A DNA stretch of 59,581 nt, filler included, from Squatina squatina (taxonomy: Eukaryota), in the NCBI GenBank assembly GCA_031763465.1. It is 3 parts of 2 records of this genome, joined end to end, with 100 filler letters (N's around TTAATTAATTAA, not from the genome) between each part and the next. Parts side by side here need not be neighbours in the genome. Positions count along the whole stretch, not along the records: positions 1 to 30,782 come from JARFOE010000176.1; positions 30,883 to 45,395 come from JARFOE010000176.1; 1 more part is not named here. One strand, written 5' to 3'. A program made the translations under genes and the position numbers. This document shows positions 24,601 through 37,680 of this stretch, piece after piece. Positions within the stretch are counted from its first letter, which is position 1. The number at the start of each line of letters is the position of its first letter. A model generated the notes under the pieces. It was not told the DNA's origin and searched no databases. It saw only the letters and a list, made by a program, of their open reading frames with translations.

Positions 24601-26364
24601 TTTTCTTCACTTACCACCATATTGCTGCAATGTACCAGCAAGCACCATTGAGTTAAAGCTTTGCACTGTGTGGGTCCTATTTACCTCGATATCAACACCT
24701 TTTTGCTACAATTCTATTACCTGATTTCCTAAGTGCATTGCAGTTCTAATCTTATTTTGAGATTAAAGCCCGAGTCTTACCCCTTGTAATAGAAGCACAG
24801 TGTGATTCCCATGTGTAATTGTATAAGATGGCTGTGGAGGATATAATCAGGTAGCTGATATATGTTACACGTTTAGTGGAAATATTAAATGGCAATTTAT
24901 AGTTCTATATTGGCTGTTACAAAAGATAATAAACATATTGACATAGTAAATGTTTCCCACCGTTAAGTATCACATNNNNNNNNNNNNNNNNNNNNNNNNN
25001 NNNNNNNNNNNNNNNNNNNNNNNNNNNNNNNNNNNNNNNNNNNNNNNNNNNNNNNNNNNNNNNNNNNNNNNNNNNNNNNNNNNNNNNNNNNNNNNNNTGC
25101 CTGTTTGACAATCACACACATGCACTTTACAAGTGTCAGTGGATAGAAATTAGGAGTAAGAACCCTGGATGGTTTTTACCCTATTTATCCGCAGACATTG
25201 AGATCAGTTGTAGCACCCCAACTGCTGCTCCAGGTAGGACGAGCTAACTCAGCACAGCCTTGGAGTTAGAACGTTTTGGTCCATATGGCTTAGTACCACA
25301 TCACACTGTGTATTTATCCACCAAAGCCACTGGGGAAGTGAGTTTATGCTGAATATTTGNNNNNNNNNNAGACACCAGGTTCAGGATATGTCAGTCCTAA
25401 TATATTTTACATTTTATGTACATATTTTACAAATGTTGCTATTAAGTAGAATAAATTGCAGTGACAACCTTTTCCAAAGAAGCCAAGGATTATCCTCCAT
25501 TCTTGCATTTCTTTATAATGCTGTCCTCAGCTATTACCTTTGTCATTGGTGAAATGCTTTGCATATACATAGTCTCATTACCAATGTATTATGGTTTCAA
25601 TGGCGTTCTCACTCACACTCCATTCATCACTGCTTGTCGCATCAAATTGCTAAAATTGGACTGTACTTTTTCTCAATCTAGAAGCTTCACAAAAAACCTG
25701 CTGAGATTATATTTAGCATATACATTCCAGCCGCATGCGTGCACCTTAATGTTTGACTCACAGAATACATGTTAGATACAGAGCTCAGCCTACAAATAAT
25801 AATTCAGAAGCAGGACAAACTAATGCATTTCTAGTAATCCACATATCAAAATAGATTTTCATACTTATTCCATAGGACAACTAAACCTTAATTATTTGGC
25901 ATGTGAGCTTTATATTCACTCATCATTATTGCCAGTTTTCTTCCAGCTAGGAAACACAACTGGTACCGGGCACAACACATAGCCCAAGGAGGATGGGGGA
26001 GTGGGGGAGGATACTAGAAACAGTCTTCATTGGTCCTGAATATCTCGCAGTAGTTGTGCCGGAGAGATATGCTATTCATTAAAAGAGGGAGTTGCACGCA
26101 AGCTTCCTGGTGTAAGCTAATTTAAACATTCTTGGCGCAGCCCTGGTGTAACTTGAGTGTAGCAACTATGGAAGTTGCTGAGTGCTACTAAAGTAATTCC
26201 ACTCTACGGACTTCCAGCAGTAGCAGAACACTGTTTGACAGGACAGTAGCAGCCGACAAGTGTTTGTTCTGGCAATTTCTACCAAATCACTTGACGGCAT
26301 CTCTCACCTGCAGCATCAATCCAGACGAGTACCATCATGCCCACTTAGGTGCCAGCTGTGCCCT

Positions 26365-26513
26365 GGGCAGCAAGAGAAGCATAACCATCTTCTCTGATGA
26401 AGCCTTCCAAACCCTTCTTCAAGAGGCACAAGGCTGGAGCCTCAGACTCCTGGGTCTCTGATTCACCAAGCCAGACACCAACATCATCAAACCTGCAGGG
26501 AGCTGGCAGCACT
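26365..26513 (+). mobile_element. Possible decayed Harbinger Myb/SANT-like ORF N-terminal fragment
   Basis: SKRSITIFSDEAFQTLLQEAQ...LLGL* resembles the R..FSD..L..LL..V start of Myb/SANT-like transposon proteins. Confidence 0.3.
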
Positions 26514-29500
26514 NNNNNNNNNNNNNNNNNNNNNNNNNNNNNNNNNNNNNNNNNNNNNNNNNNNNNNNNNNNNNNNNNNNNNNNNNNNNNNNNNNNNNNN
26601 NNNNNNNNNNNNNAGAACTCAAGACATTGTCAGATCATTCCCCCAAATCTCCAATTGGTCCAGATATAACACCAGCTGTAGATTTCAGAGATTCTAGGTG
26701 GTGTCACTTGGATTTCAATGAAGTGTTATGCTTGATTTGTAAAATATTGATCCAGGCTCACTCAAACTATGAAATACACACAATAGTACAATTATAAATT
26801 TTGTCCGTCCAAACGTTGGCTGTGTCTGGACAGAGCATTTTGAGCTGTATAATGTTAAGTAAAGGTTACAGATGTGTAACTGGTGTCACTCGTGGTGGAT
26901 GCAAACTGAGGTGATTAAAGAAAATCATTGTCAGCATTGGCTCAACAGGAAAACATATTGACCCAAGTGATATTTTCCTGTATTATGTTCACAGCTAAAC
27001 ATTAACTAACGACAGCGCTCCATTTTCTTCATTGTTTCCTGGTCTATTTCTGCTTTATTTTTAAACCATAATTGTATTATTTCAAATAGTTTTGGAATGG
27101 AAATTGTATTGTTGTATGATTTTCATAGCTTGAGCGAACCTGGTATGAATATTTCACACAGACAGCATTTCAAACAACACTTTGTGGCCGAAAGTTGGTA
27201 TCATATCTGGGATGATTGGAGGTTTCTTTCCCCAGAAAAAAAGTGTATTTGATCTGCTGTACACCTTTGTCATAGGGCAGTTATAAACAATTTTACCATT
27301 TGCACCATTACAGTTAGTCAACTAAATTCGTCATGTAGAACCATAACACATACATACATGAAGGGGCACAATCTTCACAAAAAAGTGTTTGTAAACCAAA
27401 GCAAAATTGCCAAACACATGACTTAATGTAAACTGCATCAGAAATGTATCGCTGCTTGCACTTGAGGTCACCATGATTGAAAACGATGCACAGCTTTTGG
27501 ACTTCACTCCCTCCTTCACAAGTAACAAAAGGTTTGCCAAATGCTCCTTTGTAAAGATAATGCACTGTAGAGGTGGTCTGACCATGGGATTGGGGAAGAA
27601 CATCTGCGCATCATTTTCTTCAAGATGGAATTACAAACACATTATATTATTTGCAGTGAACTGCATCATCACAATACCTGCCAACCAAATCAAAATGAAA
27701 TCAATTTAAACATTTGACTAAGGACAGTTCCATTTTAATAAATTGAGATTATAAAGGTATTCCTTAATGAACACGACTTTGCTGTTCTAGCTCCTGTAAA
27801 CCCCAGCTCTGACAAACCAGGTACAATTGTATAATTACTTATAGTTGTTTTTGTTCTTTAATACAAGCAACATTTGATTTTCTTTCCTCCTTATTCCAGG
27901 TTTTTTTGTAGGCAATTTTTTTTGGAGTAAATTAATATCTTAATACATTGCATGCTTCAGCGCTGAAGATGCGATTAGAACAGAGATCATACCAAGGGCA
28001 GCGTTACTATTGAAGCTGTGCCATGCATGTGTAAACGCTACAGGGTTTGGCACAGATTTTTGTTTGAAGCATTGAAACCTAGATTAGATTTTTTGTTTTG
28101 TTGCACGAGACACACAGCCACCTGGGCAAACAATTGAAAGGTCGAGTTTTTGTAACATATAATTGGAGGCTTCCATTCTTTACTTATTCCTGGCCCTAAG
28201 ATGAGCTAGAATTAAAAAATAACAATAATAATTTCTTGTTAACTTTCATATATAAACAGGTGTCATTTTTATGTGCTGCAGCTTCATACAAGTCACAACC
28301 TATAGATGGAAATGCGATTAAAGAGACAGTCCACACAATAGGTAATAAAGCTATACTAGTAGCCAGCCAGAATTAACGCAAGTTGGGAGGATATACAGAG
28401 CTCAACCATNNNNNNNNNNNNNNNNNNNNNNNNNNNNNNNNNNNNNNNNNNNNNNNNNNNNNNNNNNNNNNNNNNNNNNNNNNNNNNNNNNNNNNNNNNN
28501 NNNNNNNNNNNNNNNNNNNNNNNNNNNNNNNNNNNNNNNNNNNNNNNNNNNNNNNNNNNNNNNNNNNNNNNNNNNNNNNNNNNNNNNNNNNNNNNNNNNN
28601 NNNNNNNNNNNNNNNNNNNNNNNNTTCAGATGCTGTTTACTTCCAAAAAATTGGGCTATTATATCACATTTCCAGTATTTTCAGGCTTTTTTCCTACTTA
28701 TTTCAAAATTACAATGGAAGGGGGCAGGACATAACTAAATAATCACAAAATAATGAAGTGAATACCATTTTCTTTAAAAGACATCTCCTGATCACTTTAA
28801 GTTTGTGTGAAGGGGAAAAAATAAAAGAACGGGGAGGTAAAATACATGATTGACCTATTCTTTCTCATTTTCTTCAGCTAAATTATTCTCCAACTGCATG
28901 GAATTTTAGAAGAAAGCTGGAATGCGTTAAAGGGAATTCCTGTGGCATTCATTCTAATGGTTTGACAAATGATTATTTGAGATAGATGCTTCCCTTGTTG
29001 CCAGTCTCTTCAGTCATAGAAATGGGCTTCCCTGATTTATATTTTTACACATTTCTGTTAAAACTTTGGAACTACACACACGAGGCTCATTTTCACTGAA
29101 TGCCCTGTGATGCTATGATACAGTGATGAAGATTAAATCATATTGTAGGCTATGAAATCTCATGCAAGTGCCATATCATTCTTACATGTATTCAGCACTT
29201 TGGGTGGGGTTAACCTAGTTTGTGAAGCATTGCAGCTTATATGCAAGATATTACAATATATGTTTTCAAAAAATAACTTCCACAGCCTACAAAGCCTAAT
29301 AGAGGACAATGAGTTCAACGTTAGAACTTGATGATAACCTGAAAAGAATATAATTTGTACATTTACATAATCAGTATTCTAGGAAAGGTTCACATCCCTG
29401 TGTTTGCACTGCTGATTGATTCTCACACTTTTCCGTGAATGAACTGTACCAGATTGTATCCAGTTCCCAGCAGTTAGAAGAGACTCTTGAACTTCTTCAT

Positions 29501-29541
29501 GGTTCTTTATGTTCACTGCGGCTTGCACAATTCCCCCTCTG

Positions 29542-29642
29542 TTAGTATATGCTGACCAGGCAGGATAATGCCATTTCCAGACACCACCAGGATAAAATTA
29601 CTTCGGCACTTCCGGTAATCCCAGAATGCTCTGTGCTTGGCA
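29542..29642 (-). CDS. NEGR1: NEGR1 terminal coding exon, GPI-signal region (PSTEHSGITGSAEVILSWWCLEMALSCLVSIY*)
   Basis: Acceptor cttattttcacag; aligns to recalled human PSTAQYGITGSADVLFSCWYLVLTLSSFTSIF; expected syntenic position and strand beside ZRANB2. Confidence 0.85.
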
Positions 29643-29755
29643 CTGTGAAAATAAGNNNNNNNNNNNNNNNNNNNNNNNNNNNNNNNNNNNNNNNNNNNNN
29701 NNNNNNNNNNNNNNNNNNNNNNNNNNNNNNNNNNNNNNNNNNNNNNNNNNNNNNN

Positions 29756-30782
29756 TCCCATCCGGTCCTGGTGACTTATCAATTTTAAGTTCAGACAGCC
29801 TTTCTAGTACCTCCTCTTTATCAATTTTTACCTCATCCAGTATCTCCACTGCCTCCTCTTTCACTATGACTTTGGCAGCATCTTCTTCTTTGGTGAAGAC
29901 AGATGCAAAGTACTCATTTAGTACCTCAACAATGCCCTCTGCCTCCATGCATAGGTCTCCTTCTTAGTTCCTAATCAGCCCCACCCCTCTTGCTACTCAT
30001 TTACTATTTATGTGTATGCAGAAGACTTTTGAATTCCCTTTTATGTTAGCTGCCAATCGGTTCTCATACTCCCTCTTTACCCCTCTTATTTTCTTTTTCA
30101 CTTCTGCTTTGGACTCTCTATATTCAGCCTGATTCTCACTTGTACTCTCAACCTGACATCTGTCATATATGATCTTTTTCTGCTTCATCTTACTCTCCAT
30201 CTCTTCCGTCATCCAGGGAGCTCTGGGTATAGTTGCCCTACCGTTCTCCGTCTCGGGGATGTACCTCGACTGTAGGCGAACCATCTCCCCTTTAAAGGCA
30301 GCACATTGTTTGATTACAGCTTTTCCTGCCAATCTTTGATTCCAATTTACCTGGGCCAGATCCATTCCCAACCCACTGAAATTTGCCTTCCTCCAATTAA
30401 GTATTTTTAATCTAGATTGCTCCTTATCTTTTTCTATAGCAAATCTCAACCTTATGATACTATGATCGCTGTTCCCTAAATATTCCCCCACTGACATTTG
30501 CTCCACTTGACCCACCTCATTCCCCAGAACCAGATCCTGCAATGCCTCCTTCCTCATTGGGCCAGAAACATACTAATCAAGAAAGTTCTCTTGAACACAC
30601 TTCAGTAGTTCTTCCCCCTCTCTGCCTTTTACACTATTATTATCCCAGTCTATATTAGGATAGTTGAAGTCCCCCATTATCACTACTCTATACTTCTTGC
30701 ATCTCTCTGTAATTTCCCTGCAAATTTGCTCCTCCAAATCCTTCCCACTAGTTGACGGCCTATAGAATACACCTAGTAGTGT
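29756..30782 (-). mobile_element. CR1 LINE ORF2 fragment (endonuclease end through linker), disrupted
   Basis: DLVLGNEVGQVE...LGNSDH, PWMT, LNEYFASVFTKE and KSPGPDG motifs in split ORFs. Confidence 0.92.
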
Positions 30783-30882
30783 NNNNNNNNNNNNNNNNNN
30801 NNNNNNNNNNNNNNNNNNNNNNNNNNTTAATTAATTAANNNNNNNNNNNNNNNNNNNNNNNNNNNNNNNNNNNNNNNNNNNN
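30783..30882. other. Artificial scaffold linker N44-TTAATTAATTAA-N44
   Basis: Exactly 100 nt; palindromic stop-in-all-frames 12-mer at 30827-30838. Confidence 0.95.
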
Positions 30883-31420
30883 TCCCTTATGGAGGCCGCT
30901 ATTCAATCTGTATCCACCATCCAGGCAGTGCATTCCAAATCCTAACCAATCGCTGCATAAAAAGGGTTTTCTTCATGTTGCCTCTAGTTCTACTGCCCTA
31001 AATTTTAAATCTGTGCCCTATCAATCCTTCAGCTACTGGAAACAGTTTCTCATTATTTACTTTATCTAAACCCTTCATGTTTTTAAACATTTCTATCAAA
31101 TCTCCTCTTAGCTTTCTCTGCTCCAAGGAGAACAACCCCAGCTTCTCCAGTCTATCCACAGAACTGTATTCCCTCATTCCTGGAATCATTCCATTAAATC
31201 TCTTCTGTACTCTCTCCAAAGCTTTCACGTTCTTCCTAAAGTGTGGTGCCCAGAATTGGATAATACTCTAGCTCAGATCAAACCAGTGCTTTATAAAGGT
31301 TTAGCATAACTTCCTGGCTTTTGTATTCCATGCCTCGATTTATAAAGCCCAGGATCCCATATGCTTTAATAACTGCTTTATTAATCTGTCCTGTCACCTT
31401 CAAAGATTTTTACATGTAAA
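30883..31420 (-). mobile_element. CR1 LINE 3' fragment
   Basis: KALERVQKRF...RLEKLGLFSLEQRKLRGDLIEMFK. Confidence 0.9.
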
Positions 31421-31717
31421 ATTAGCATTGGGACTAGGTACCCAAGGGCTCTGTCAACTGTTGGCTACTGTAAGATACACAAGAGAGTCTTATGAACACC
31501 TCCAATTTTCCCTTCCATTTCGCACCTTCTACAGTGAAATCCATAGACTGGTGAAGAGGGCATTGTCAGAAAGAATATCCGGGCAAGAAACGAATCTGTG
31601 TCCTAACACTCTTCTACACTGCATATCTGTGATCCAATGCATCGCCAACACAACAATCTACTGAAAGCAGGTTCAGTGTAGAAAGCCTGTTTAAACAAGA
31701 AATCCATTAGTGCTCAC

Positions 31718-31824
31718 CTCCATGTGTTTGCATCTGGATCGTAAACTTCAATAGTTTTTAAGTAAGTAGTGCCATCAAACCCACCCACTGCCATCAACTG
31801 CCCGTTAACAACTGCAAGGCCAAC
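31718..31824 (-). CDS. KLHL20: KLHL20 Kelch-repeat exon ([36 protein letters not shown])
   Basis: 107-nt exon, ctctttcacag / gtgagc; translated by hand. Confidence 0.93.
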
Positions 31825-33682
31825 CTGTGAAAGAGAATTGGTTGTTTGAGGTGTGAAAATGCTGTTCGTTTGTACATATACAGCATCTCCATTTATGTAA
31901 ATTGGATACTTTCACCACAATGCCTAACCAATATAAAATTTTAATTTGAGAGAACCATACATTTTTAGGTATTGTAGCATTTTTAGTTTAAACAGCAATT
32001 CCTGAGCAGAATTTTATCAATTTATAATTAGAAAGTGTTCTTGTCTCAAATATGCTGCCATGTGCAGAATGTAGCTGAATAAATACTGTTAGCTATCTCT
32101 ACTAGTCTAGAACAGGGATTTCAAATAACGAGAAGCAAAAGTATATACTTGTCTGAACTTACTTGGACTATTTTTCATTGCCATGCTTGATAATATAAGT
32201 AGTTCGCAGCTGGAGTGCCCATTTGCTTCTGCTGGCAGCCTATTCAACTGGAGCAGAGTGGACAGATTCACCAGGATAATAGAAACTTGTGATGCACCAG
32301 CTGATCTCTTCAGCCAATTGTGCCTCATCCAGCGAATAATACAGTATTTCACTTCTATTTATCATTATAGTATGGACATATCTGTTGCAATTCCTTGAAA
32401 TATTTACTCACCGGCATCACCATTGTATGCAAACCAANNNNNNNNNNNNNNNNNNNNNNNNNNNNNNNNNNNNNNNNNNNNNNNNNNNNNNNNNNNNNNN
32501 NNNNNNNNNNNNNNNNNNNNNNNNNNNNNNNNNNNNNATAACAGGCGTTGTTACATTACATGTTGAAGTTAATTACACAAGAGGTTGCTGTATTCTACTC
32601 TTGTCTTAGAATGTTTCCAAAGTTATTATTTGTATACAAGTCTCTTTGTGGCCAGCCTGGTGGTGAAGCACATTGGTGTACCAACTTGCTGTACTACAGA
32701 GTGGTCGGTAAGAGATGTCAGGGAAGAGAGGCGAGCACCAGAGATGCCCGACTGCACAGGGAAGAAAATAAATTAAAACTAAAAAGGCAATTCAACCCAG
32801 TCACTCTCATGACCTAACAGCATCAGTCACAGAGCCCAGCTACACTCACACATCTCTTCGGAGCCAGTCACAGAGTAGTACTGAGAGAAGTCTAGGAATT
32901 TCTTTTTTGGAGGGGTGACTGGGGCTGGGGTGGGGAGGGAGGGATGGACAAAAGGAAAAAGGTGCATGGGAAAGGATAACAAAAATCTTTTGCAAAACTT
33001 GTTCATCTTAAATAAAGCAAAACATCAAGATGCATTACTGAAGTAATACATTTCATATTTTGCACTTAAATTCATTGAACTGAATACTCATGCCAAACTT
33101 TGTTTACATCCACCTACCAGACAGCATAAGGGTCTAACAGTTGAGAGGGAAGAGGGGAGCAGGGAAAAACACACATGCACACCCCTCGCAACACATAGGC
33201 AAGTATACTATCTTCACCATGAGTGCGCTTTCAAGAATAAGCATTTTTAGTTTTTTAAAAAAGTTTCCAATGAGGACTACTAACTTCCATGGAGGCAACA
33301 CTGTACCAGACTGCCAGTGATGCACTCCCTCATATATATGGCTAAAATTCAAAGCTCCCGTCAAGATGTGGATTTACATTGGTTGGGAGACCATGCAGCA
33401 TGCTTCTGTAGCTTTACAAACACTGCTTTATAATCTAACTGGAGAAGGGGCATGAAAGCAGCGTAGAATTATGCCCGATAGAGAAGCATCTTGCTTCTAC
33501 TTTGTCCCTCCCACAACAGCCTGTGTGAGAGCAGATCCCAGAGTGAGGAATTACAACCACACACCTGTGCCCTACCACTCCATAAGGCAGCATGTTGACA
33601 GGCTAACTTTGCTATGCCACTTACTGCACCACACGATTACTGCTTTCAGACCATATTAGGAAGAAACACTCCACAAGTTTAC

Positions 33683-33741
33683 CTTTCCACAATGTTCAGA
33701 CAAGAGACGCCATCCTGGCCACCTACAGCATACAGATACCC
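33683..33741 (-). CDS. KLHL20: KLHL20 Kelch exon, partial (GYLYAVGGQDGVSCLNIVER); 5' part lies in a gap
   Basis: Kelch GG motif; donor gtaaac. Confidence 0.9.
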
Positions 33742-34800
33742 NNNNNNNNNNNNNNNNNNNNNNNNNNNNNNNNNNNNNNNNNNNNNNNNNNNNNNNNNNN
33801 NNNNNNNNNNNNNNNNNNNNNNNNNNNNNNNNNNNNNNNNNNNNNNNNNNNNNNNNNNNNNNNNNNNNNNNNNNNNNNNNNNNNNNNNNNNNNNNNNNNN
33901 NNNNNNNNNNNNNNNNNNNNNNNNNNNNNNNNNNNNNNNNNNNNNNNNNNNNNNNNNNNNNNNNNNNNNNNNNNNNNNNNNNNNNNNNNNNNNNNNNNNN
34001 NNNNNNNNNNNNNNNNNNNNNNNNNNNNNNNNNNNNNNNNNNNNNNNNNNNNNNNNNNNNNNNNNNNNNNNNNNNNNNNNNNNNNNNNNNNNNNNNNNNN
34101 NNNNNNNNNNNNNNNNNNNNNNNNNNNNNNNNNNNNNNNNNNNNNNNNNNNNNNNNNNNNNNNNNNNNNNNNNNNNNNNNNNNNNNNNNNNNNNNNNNNN
34201 NNNNNNNNNNNNNNNNNNNNNNNNNNNNNNNNNNNNNNNNNNNNNNNNNNNNNNNNNNNNNNNNNNNNNNNNNNNNNNNNNNNNNNNNNNNNNNNNNNNN
34301 NNNNNNNNNNNNNNNNNNNNNNNNNNNNNNNNNNNNNNNNNNNNNNNNNNNNNNNNNNNNNNNNNNNNNNNNNNNNNNNNNNNNNNNNNNNNNNNNNNNN
34401 NNNNNNNNNNNNNNNNNNNNNNNNNNNNNNNNNNNNNNNNNNNNNNNNNNNNNNNNNNNNNNNNNNNNNNNNNNNNNNNNNNNNNNNNNNNNNNNNNNNC
34501 CAAAGTCCATTAAAAAGTGGAATTTGGCTGGGCAAGTGATTTTGCAGTTGGAAAGTTTGAGAAAATAGAAAACGGAGAACAGACACATTTCAGTTTGCAG
34601 CCATGCTGAACATGGGTTACTTAGAGGAATTATTAACTCGCTGCGTAGCATTAATTAAGTAAAATATGCAGCCATTAGTAACAATTTAATTGACAGGTTT
34701 GTTTTGTACACATGTAGTTACAGGAGTTGTGTATGAGAGATAATACGAGGAGGGGAAAAATGTGAAAGTGTAGAACCATACACGCAATACTGCAGCTTAC

Positions 34801-34984
34801 CTCTCCACGCTGTTTAGATAGGACGAGCCATCATGTCCACCCACTGCATAAAGGAGGTCATCCAGCACACTAACCCCTACGCCACACCGCCGTTTGCTCA
34901 TGGAAGCTACCATTCGCCACTCGTTGGTCTGAGGATCGTAGCGCTCAACACTAGAAATCGCGTCCCCGCTGCACCAACCTCCAA
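34801..34984 (-). CDS. KLHL20: KLHL20 Kelch exon ([23 protein letters not shown]...[10 protein letters not shown])
   Basis: 184-nt exon, ctcttgtttag / gtaagc. Confidence 0.95.
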
Positions 34985-35910
34985 CTAAACAAGAGTTCAC
35001 AAGTGAAATCTTTTGCCAGATTAATTATTCAGTCATCCGAGTGAGCAGCTCACTGTTAACTGCCCGTATCCATGACATTTTGTTGAAAGTGAAGGTCAAT
35101 TGAAAATAGGAGTGTTATAATACTCTCATGTAATACTTTCTAAATAGCAGGCAAGCAAGATAGCGGAGTAACCTAACGACACTCATGCAAAATGCTGGGA
35201 AGGACGGAGAACAACCACATCTTCAAAATAGTTCGAGAATAGTTCATCTTATCTTTCAATTCTTTTCGGCAATCCTCAAGCTGGCAAGAAAGTGTTTAAA
35301 AACTGGGCACACATGTACAATCCCACAGTACAAGTGTCCAGTTCGGTCAGCAGCATTTTATAATTCAATGCATTCCTACACAAGTAATGTAAAGATACTA
35401 TAGAAAAATAACCAAGAACATGCATACTGGCTCAATTCACGAGTGGCTGTTTACTCTTCATTTTTGTGAGCTTTTAAAAGCTGATATTTTAATAACAATT
35501 ACAAGATAAATATTACACAAGATTAACACTGAGAAATGGACCATTATTCATGCTGGTATTGTCAATAGTGAATCCAGTTATATCCAGTAAATTATTATTT
35601 GCTGGTCATGAGGAAAATTGGTATTGAGGCCTGAAGATAGAAGCCCAGAAAACCTGGAACTAAATTTCATTTCAGGAGTAAATTCTTCACCATCAGAGAC
35701 CACCACCCAGCACAGTGAANNNNNNNNNNNNNNNNNNNNNNNNNNNNNNNNNNNNNNNNNNNNNNNNNNNNNNNNNNNNNNNNNNNNNNNNNNNNNNNNN
35801 NNNNNNNNNNNNNNNNNNNTTATTGCACCATGAATATGCGATTGTTGATTGTGGTACAATACTACTACTGCAGCCCCACATGGACCTTGTTTCTTTTCAT
35901 TAGCCCTTAC

Positions 35911-36484
35911 CTCTTGAAAGTTGTGCTGAGTGAATTTGTCAGCGATGCGTAGCAGTTCTCTGCAGGAATGGGTGTCTGCAAAAGCTCTGATTCCCAGGCA
36001 GTTGGAGGGATCAAGTTGTCTCTTCAGGAACTCACAGCATGCCTCCTGGATTTCAGCCAGTTGCAGGAGGCAGGCAGCCGGCAGCAAGGTCTGCACGTTC
36101 CCCTCCTCGACTGTGATCTGAGACGTGTACGCAAAGTCAATCAGAAGTTCCATGGCCCGCTCGTCGATGTCACGAATCACCACCTCTGTCTGCCGGCTCT
36201 CCGCGAGCTCACCCGTGAACATGGCTCGAAAGTAAGGGCTGCAGGCTGACAGAATCACCCGATGTGCATAAATCTTTTTCGCGCCCACAACCAGCACCAC
36301 GTCGCAGAGTTCCCGGTGCTTCCTCAGGAGGTTGATCACTTCTAAAGTCTGCCGAGGGTGCTTATCTGATACGAATGGCATCCTGGCTGGTTGCGGTACT
36401 CCCTCGGGAAGTTTGTTGGGGTCGCCGAGTGTACATCGGCTAGTGACATCCATTCCTATCTCTCCTGGTCGAGTGCTGATACAC
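35911..36484 (-). CDS. KLHL20: KLHL20 BTB/BACK exon
   Basis: 574-nt exon, cccaccactag / gtaagg; [26 protein letters not shown]...HNFQE. Confidence 0.96.
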
Positions 36485-37137
36485 CTAGTGGTGGGAGGCA
36501 GGGAAAGAGGAAAAGAAAGTCATCCCATGTTGTTAAATTTATACATTATTTACATATGGGTTTCCATTGTGTAAACTTTAACCTTTGTGACTGCATTTTG
36601 CGATCCATCGTATAGTAATAGATATTCAGTAAAAAGCTCCAACCGTAGCAGGGCAGTCTCGGATAGGTGGAGGTGGGAGGAAGGAAGGAGAAGGAAGGCT
36701 GTGATCGTGCTCAGTGTGGATGACAGACATCAGAGGAAGGATGAATCCACTTTACTACTGAATACCTTCCAGCAGCTACTCAAGATCAACACTGATAAAG
36801 GTTCGTGAGCACGTCAGCCNNNNNNNNNNNNNNNNNNNNNNNNNNNNNNNNNNNNNNNNNNNNNNNNNNNNNNNNNNNNNNNNNNNNNNNNNNNNNNNNN
36901 NNNNNNNNNNNNNNNNNNNAAAAAAAAACTGTTGCTAAATGTTTATTATTCACTTGCAAACACACACCCATGTTACTTGAATGCGGTATCATCACGATGA
37001 AGCTAAGGAAAAAGATGGGCTTAACAAACAGTTCTTTAAAATGGTGCTCTTTGAATATTTTAGGCTGCCAATTTTTGTGGCATTTTATACTGCACTAACA
37101 AATAATGCATTTTTTATTTGTCACTTTTTAACTGCAG

Positions 37138-37232
37138 AGGGCAAACTGATTTTGGAGTTGTATATTAATAACATGCAGGAAACTATTGCAGATCTTGAAA
37201 AGACACATGGCAAGCTGAGCAAGCAAGACAAG
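37138..37232 (+). CDS. ANKRD45: ANKRD45 exon (EGKLILELYINNMQETIADLEKTHGKLSKQDK)
   Basis: 95-nt exon, ctgcag / gtaagt; aligns to recalled human DARLTLKKYIAKVSLAVTDTEKGSGKLLKEDK; head-to-head with KLHL20 as in human. Confidence 0.8.
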
Positions 37233-37349
37233 GTAAGTTCTGTCATTCTTGGGTTGAAAGGGGAGCACTGTTCTCTCTGTCCATTTCTTTGTTGTGCAGT
37301 GACTGCACATTGGGTTTTTGGATTCAAGAGTTTTTTTATCATCTTGTAG

Positions 37350-37433
37350 GCTGCCTTTGTAAATGCCTGCCGTGCAAAATCCGAATGGTTGCATTCGGCA
37401 CAGAATGCTTCCATACAGGAATTCGAGGAGCAA
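37350..37433 (+). CDS. ANKRD45: ANKRD45 exon, partial (AAFVNACRAKSEWLHSAQNASIQEFEEQ)
   Basis: Acceptor atcttgtag; matches recalled SACRAKNEWLETHTEASINELFEQ; runs into a gap. Confidence 0.8.
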
Positions 37434-37533
37434 NNNNNNNNNNNNNNNNNNNNNNNNNNNNNNNNNNNNNNNNNNNNNNNNNNNNNNNNNNNNNNNNNNN
37501 NNNNNNNNNNNNNNNNNNNNNNNNNNNNNNNNN

Positions 37534-37680
37534 TCTGCCCCCCTCTCTCTCTCTGCCCCCCTCTCTCTCTCTGCCCCCCTCTCTCTCTCTGCCCCCCTCT
37601 CTCTCTCTGCACCTCTCTCTCGCTCTCTGCCCCTCTCTCTCGCTCTCTGCCCCTTTCTCTCTCGCTCTCTTCCCCTCTCT
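37534..37680. repeat. CT-rich simple repeat with an 18-bp unit (tctgcccccctctctctc)
   Basis: Directly visible tandem units. Confidence 0.9.

Noticed and set aside
27314-27709. Cys-rich 78-90 aa ORFs
   Set aside because: No recognisable homology; they lie in AT-rich sequence downstream of the NEGR1 stop and are probably UTR or intergenic
33614-34651. 270-330 aa ORFs in the track
   Set aside because: Artefacts of translating through the N gap; only 33683-33741 is coding (KLHL20)
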